This document shows, one piece after another, positions 28,189 to 32,000 of a stretch of DNA of 32,000 bases. How positions within the stretch are numbered: the stretch's first letter is position 1; each line of letters starts with the position of its first letter. Made by a program: the position numbers and the translations under genes. The notes under the pieces are model-generated. The model saw only the letters and a program-made list of their open reading frames with translations, had not been told where the DNA came from and did no database searches. Source of the DNA: Candidatus Pelagibacter sp. HTCC7211 (GTDB taxonomy: Bacteria; Pseudomonadota; Alphaproteobacteria; Pelagibacterales; Pelagibacteraceae); the NCBI RefSeq assembly GCF_000155895.1, contig NZ_DS995298.1:450001-482000 (forward strand), written 5' to 3'.

Positions 28189-31100
28189 TTATATATCTTG
28201 CAGAGAAGTTACATCTAATTTTTTTGTTTTAAGTGATTTAATTGCCTCAAGACAAGCTTGAGCTGTTGACATGTTGGTGCAATAAGGAACTTTATTTTTA
28301 AGCGTTCCTCTTCTTAGTGCGACTGCATCATTTAATCTATGTTCAGAGTTTCCGCCACCAGTATTAATTACTAAAGCAATTTTTTTAGAGTCTAATACAT
28401 CAACAATATGAGGAGAACCACTACTTACTTTGTTAATAATCTTACACTTCATCCCATGCTTTCTAATGTACTCTGCAGTACCTCTTGTTGCACATAGCGT
28501 GAAATTAAGTTTTATAAGTTCTTTTGCTAAATCTATCCCTTCATCTTTATGGGAGTCTTTCAATGATACGAATGCTAGTCCTTGTTTTGGTAAGGAATTA
28601 GCAGCTCCAATTTGACTTTTGGCAAATGCCATTCCAAAGTTTTTATCAAATCCCATTACTTCACCGGTTGATTTCATTTCAGGTCCTAAAAGCAAATCAC
28701 TATTTGGAAATTTATTAAAAGGAAATACCGCTTCTTTTACCGCATACATTCCCTTAGATTTATCTCTTAGATTAAATTTAGATAATTTTTCACCAGCCAT
28801 TACACGTGATGCAATTTTAGCAAGCGGCAGACCTTTTGCTTTGGATACAAATGGAACCGTTCTACTTGCTCTAGGATTTACTTCAATTACATAAATCTCA
28901 TCTTTTTTAATTGCAAATTGAATATTCATAAAACCTTTAACTTTTAAAGCTAAAGCTAATTTCTTAGTCTGATTTTCTATTTCTTTAATTAAGTATGGTT
29001 TAATTGATACTGGAGGTAAACTACACGCAGAGTCTCCAGAATGAATTCCGGCTTCTTCAATATGTTGCATGATCCCTGCTACATGCACTTGTTTTCCATC
29101 TGATATTGCATCAACATCAACTTCCATTGCATGATCAATAAACTTATCAATAAGAATAGGATTTTCTTCAGCGGCCTTGAATGCTTCTTCAACAAAATTT
29201 TTAAGTTGGCTTTTTTCATGAACGATTTCCATTGCTCTTCCACCTAATACATAAGACGGTCTAACCATTAATGGTAGACCAATTTTTTCTGCTATTTGAA
29301 TTGCTTGCTTAAAGGTTTTAGCAATTCCACTTTCTGCTTGTTTTAGTTTTAATTTGTTCAATAGATCTCTAAATCGATCTCTATCCTCTGCTAAATCAAT
29401 TGATGTGTATTGAGTTCCTAAAATTGGAAGTTTGTTATCGTTTAAAAATTTAGCAAGTTTAATTGGAGTTTGACCTCCAAATTGTGCAATTACACCAATT
29501 AGGTTTCCTTTTTCCTTTTCTTTTTTGATTATATTAAAAACATATTCTTCTTTTAAAGGCTCAAAATATAATCGATCACTGGTGTCGTAATCTGTTGATA
29601 CAGTTTCAGGGTTACAATTAACCATGATTGTCTCAAAACCCGCATCTTTCAACGAAAAAGCAGCCTGACAACAACAATAATCAAATTCAATTCCTTGACC
29701 TATTCTGTTAGGTCCACCACCAAGTATTATAATTTTTTTTCTTGAAGAAGGATCTGCTTCACATTCAGAATTGATTGAAAAATTACGTTGATATGTTGAA
29801 TACATGTAAGGAGTAAAGGATTTAAATTCAGCAGCACAAGTATCAACCTTTTTAAATACAGGAAGTATTTTAAGAGCCATTCTTTTACGTCTAACTGCAT
29901 TCTCAGAAGTGTTAGTTAGCTCAGATAATTTTTTATCAGAAAAACCAATAGATTTTATTCTGTTAAACTCATTAAAATCTTTAGGAAGTCCTTTATTTTT
30001 AATCATAGTTTCATTATCTACAATTTCCTTAATCTGTTCTAAAAACCAAGGGTCAATTTTAGATAAAGTAAAAATTCTTTTAAAATTAATTTTTTTTCTA
30101 ATTGCTTCTGCAACAAGTAAAATTTTGTTTGGAATATTTTCTTTTAATTTTTTCTGAATTTGATTTTTTTTTAAGTCAAAAATTCTATCTAAACCTGAAT
30201 AACCAGTTTCAAGAGAAACCAATGCTTTTTGAAGCGATTCTTTAAAATTTCTTCCAATTGCCATTGCTTCACCAACTGATTTCATAGATGTGCCTAATGA
30301 TGCTGGCGAAGTTGAAAATTTTTCGAACGTAAATCTTGGAATTTTAGTTACCACATAATCGATGCTTGGTTCAAATGATGCAGGAGTTACTTTTGTGATT
30401 TCATTTTTTAATTCATCCAAAGTGTAGCCCACTGCAAGTTTGGCAGCGACTTTTGCAATTGGAAAACCAGTTGCTTTTGATGCAAGTGCAGATGAACGTG
30501 ATACTCTTGGATTCATTTCAATTATAACCATTCTTCCATTTTTAGGATTGATCGCGAACTGAACATTCGATCCACCTGTCTCAACCCCAATCTTTCTAAG
30601 ACATGCAATTGAAGCATTTCTCATCACTTGATATTCTTTATCAGTTAATGTTAAAGCAGGGGCGACAGTTACAGAGTCTCCAGTATGAATTCCCATTGGA
30701 TCGATATTTTCGATCGAACAGATAATGATACAGTTATCTTTTTTATCTCTTATAACTTCCATTTCAAATTCTTTCCAACCTTCTAGGCATTCTTCAACCA
30801 ATACTTGGCTCACAGGAGATTCGTGTAATCCATTTTTAATAATTTTTAGATAATCTTTTTTATTTTTGGCAATACCACCTCCAAGACCTCCAAGAGTGAA
30901 AGCAGGTCTAATAATCGCTGGTAGTCCAATTTTATTTAAAACTTTGGACGCTTGATTGATGTTATTTACAATTTCAGATTTAGGTAAATCCAAACCGATA
31001 TCAATCATATTTTTTCTAAATTTCTTTCTATCCTCTGCATTTGAAATAGCTTTGGAGTTTGCACCAATAAGTTCTATTTTATATTTTTTTAGAATTCCTT

Positions 31101-31413
31101 TTTTCTCAGCTTCCATTGCAAGGTTAAGTGCGGTTTGGCCACCCATTGTTGGAAGGATTGCGTCTGGTTTTTCTTTTTTAAGAATTTTTTCTAAAACTTC
31201 TAGAGTAATTGGCTCAATGTAGGTTTTATCTGCAACATCAGGGTCTGTCATTATGGTTGCTGGATTTGAGTTAATTAATACGACTTTATAGCCCTCATCT
31301 CTTAAAGCTTTACAAGCTTGAGTTCCCGAATAATCAAATTCACAAGCTTGACCTATGATAATAGGACCAGCTCCAACAACTAATATTTTTTTAAGATCTT
31401 TTCTTTTTGGCAT
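28189..31413 (-). CDS. carB: Carbamoyl-phosphate synthase large subunit
   Basis: 1074 aa with duplicated ATP-grasp halves ([17 protein letters not shown] and [17 protein letters not shown]) and a C-terminal MGS-like domain. Confidence 0.97.
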   Translation of the reverse strand: MPKRKDLKKILVVGAGPIIIGQACEFDYSGTQACKALRDEGYKVVLINSNPATIMTDPDVADKTYIEPITLEVLEKILKKEKPDAILPTMGGQTALNLAMEAEKKGILKKYKIELIGANSKAISNAEDRKKFRKNMIDIGLDLPKSEIVNNINQASKVLNKIGLPAIIRPAFTLGGLGGGIAKNKKDYLKIIKNGLHESPVSQVLVEECLEGWKEFEMEVIRDKKDNCIIICSIENIDPMGIHTGDSVTVAPALTLTDKEYQVMRNASIACLRKIGVETGGSNVQFAINPKNGRMVIIEMNPRVSRSSALASKATGFPIAKVAAKLAVGYTLDELKNEITKVTPASFEPSIDYVVTKIPRFTFEKFSTSPASLGTSMKSVGEAMAIGRNFKESLQKALVSLETGYSGLDRIFDLKKNQIQKKLKENIPNKILLVAEAIRKKINFKRIFTLSKIDPWFLEQIKEIVDNETMIKNKGLPKDFNEFNRIKSIGFSDKKLSELTNTSENAVRRKRMALKILPVFKKVDTCAAEFKSFTPYMYSTYQRNFSINSECEADPSSRKKIIILGGGPNRIGQGIEFDYCCCQAAFSLKDAGFETIMVNCNPETVSTDYDTSDRLYFEPLKEEYVFNIIKKEKEKGNLIGVIAQFGGQTPIKLAKFLNDNKLPILGTQYTSIDLAEDRDRFRDLLNKLKLKQAESGIAKTFKQAIQIAEKIGLPLMVRPSYVLGGRAMEIVHEKSQLKNFVEEAFKAAEENPILIDKFIDHAMEVDVDAISDGKQVHVAGIMQHIEEAGIHSGDSACSLPPVSIKPYLIKEIENQTKKLALALKVKGFMNIQFAIKKDEIYVIEVNPRASRTVPFVSKAKGLPLAKIASRVMAGEKLSKFNLRDKSKGMYAVKEAVFPFNKFPNSDLLLGPEMKSTGEVMGFDKNFGMAFAKSQIGAANSLPKQGLAFVSLKDSHKDEGIDLAKELIKLNFTLCATRGTAEYIRKHGMKCKIINKVSSGSPHIVDVLDSKKIALVINTGGGNSEHRLNDAVALRRGTLKNKVPYCTNMSTAQACLEAIKSLKTKKLDVTSLQDI

Positions 31414-32000
31414 TTTTTTTCATGTTGTTAATAAATTCTTGAAATAAATAAACACTATCTTGTGGTCCAGGGTTGGACTCAGGATGGTACTGAACTGAGA
31501 ATACTGGTTTATTTTTTATTCTTATTCCTTCAATACTGTTATCAAATAAAGATTTGTGTGTGATTTGAATATTTTTTGGTAAATTTTCTATTACTACTTC
31601 AAAGCCGTGATTTTGACTAGTAATTTCTACATTGTCATGAATTAAATTTTTAACTGGATGGTTAGCACCTCTATGACCAAGTTTCATTTTTTTTGTTTTA
31701 CCACCCAATGCTAGAGCAAGTATTTGATGACCTAAACAAATCCCAAATAAAGGTAAGTTTTTATTAATTAAATCTTTAACAATTTTAATAGCATATTTAC
31801 CGGTTGCTGCTGGATCACCTGGACCATTAGATAAAAAAATACCATTTGGTTTCAGTGCTAAAATTTTATCAGCTGGTGTTTTACAAGAAACAACAGTTAC
31901 TTTACAATTAAAGTCAGAAAAATATCTTAAAATATTTTTTTTTATTCCATAGTCAATCGCTACTACATGAAATAAACTTTTATTATTTTTTTTATAACCC
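31391..32000 (-). CDS. carA: Carbamoyl-phosphate synthase small (glutamine amidotransferase) subunit, 5' end beyond the window edge
   Basis: The reading frame is open from the window edge ([24 protein letters not shown]...) through the active-site GICLGHQ to the stop at 31391. The ORF-track start at 31708 is an internal TTG (Leu). The 3' end overlaps the carB start by 23 nt. Confidence 0.95.
   Translation of the reverse strand, partial: GYKKNNKSLFHVVAIDYGIKKNILRYFSDFNCKVTVVSCKTPADKILALKPNGIFLSNGPGDPAATGKYAIKIVKDLINKNLPLFGICLGHQILALALGGKTKKMKLGHRGANHPVKNLIHDNVEITSQNHGFEVVIENLPKNIQITHKSLFDNSIEGIRIKNKPVFSVQYHPESNPGPQDSVYLFQEFINNMKKNAKKKRS

Noticed and set aside
28430-31222. Four plus-strand ORFs (61-91 aa) inside the carB region
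   Set aside because: All are antisense to a very well supported 1074-aa carB. Their hydrophobic low-complexity translations (Phe/Leu/Ile/Ser rich) are typical of the antisense frame of AT-rich genes.
31391-31708. ORF-track model of a 105-aa protein starting MGGKTKK
   Set aside because: The M is an internal TTG (Leu) of carA. The frame stays open upstream through the GICLGHQ active site to the window edge, so this is the 3' part of a truncated carA and not a separate small gene.

Overview
The window is strongly AT-rich and almost entirely coding. I call 33 protein-coding genes, two of them cut by the window edges, and the gaps between calls sum to about 410 nt (about 1.3%). Gene content and order look alphaproteobacterial: petABC (cytochrome bc1), the lgt/MidA-type methyltransferase/YfiH trio, an ELM1-DUF1022 family protein, and a petP/petR-like MarR plus OmpR-type regulator. 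With the AT bias and the many overlapping genes, this suggests a streamlined marine alphaproteobacterium of the SAR11/Pelagibacter type; that is inference, since no search was run. Most of the window is housekeeping: bc1 complex, ychF-pth-rplY-prs, lgt, a MarR-RR-HK operon, ilvE, pgsA, uvrC, folB, uvrB, aspartate aminotransferase, trxB and carAB. I found no rRNA, tRNA, CRISPR array, transposase, integrase, long repeat or recognisable defence gene. I see no convincing case for an entirely new multi-gene system. The loci most worth a second look are: (1) a minimal, divergently arranged Anbu proteasome-homologue plus circularly permuted ATP-grasp pair, which lacks the usual alpha-E and transglutaminase partners and flanks the only sizeable intergenic region, containing a GC-bearing inverted repeat; (2) an ELM1-family GT-B-like protein whose stop overlaps (TAATG) the start of a 2OG-Fe(II)-oxygenase-like orphan; (3) a signal-peptide, Cys-rich alpha/beta-hydrolase-like orphan sitting between a pteridine-reductase-like SDR and folB, inside a gapless uvrB...uvrC-pgsA chain; (4) an ADP-ribosylglycohydrolase-fold-like protein whose expected acidic metal-binding motif reads GGCNCS, surrounded by three Rossmann-fold reductases. 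All functional calls rest on motifs I recognised by eye in the supplied translations. No database search, alignment or structure prediction was performed.
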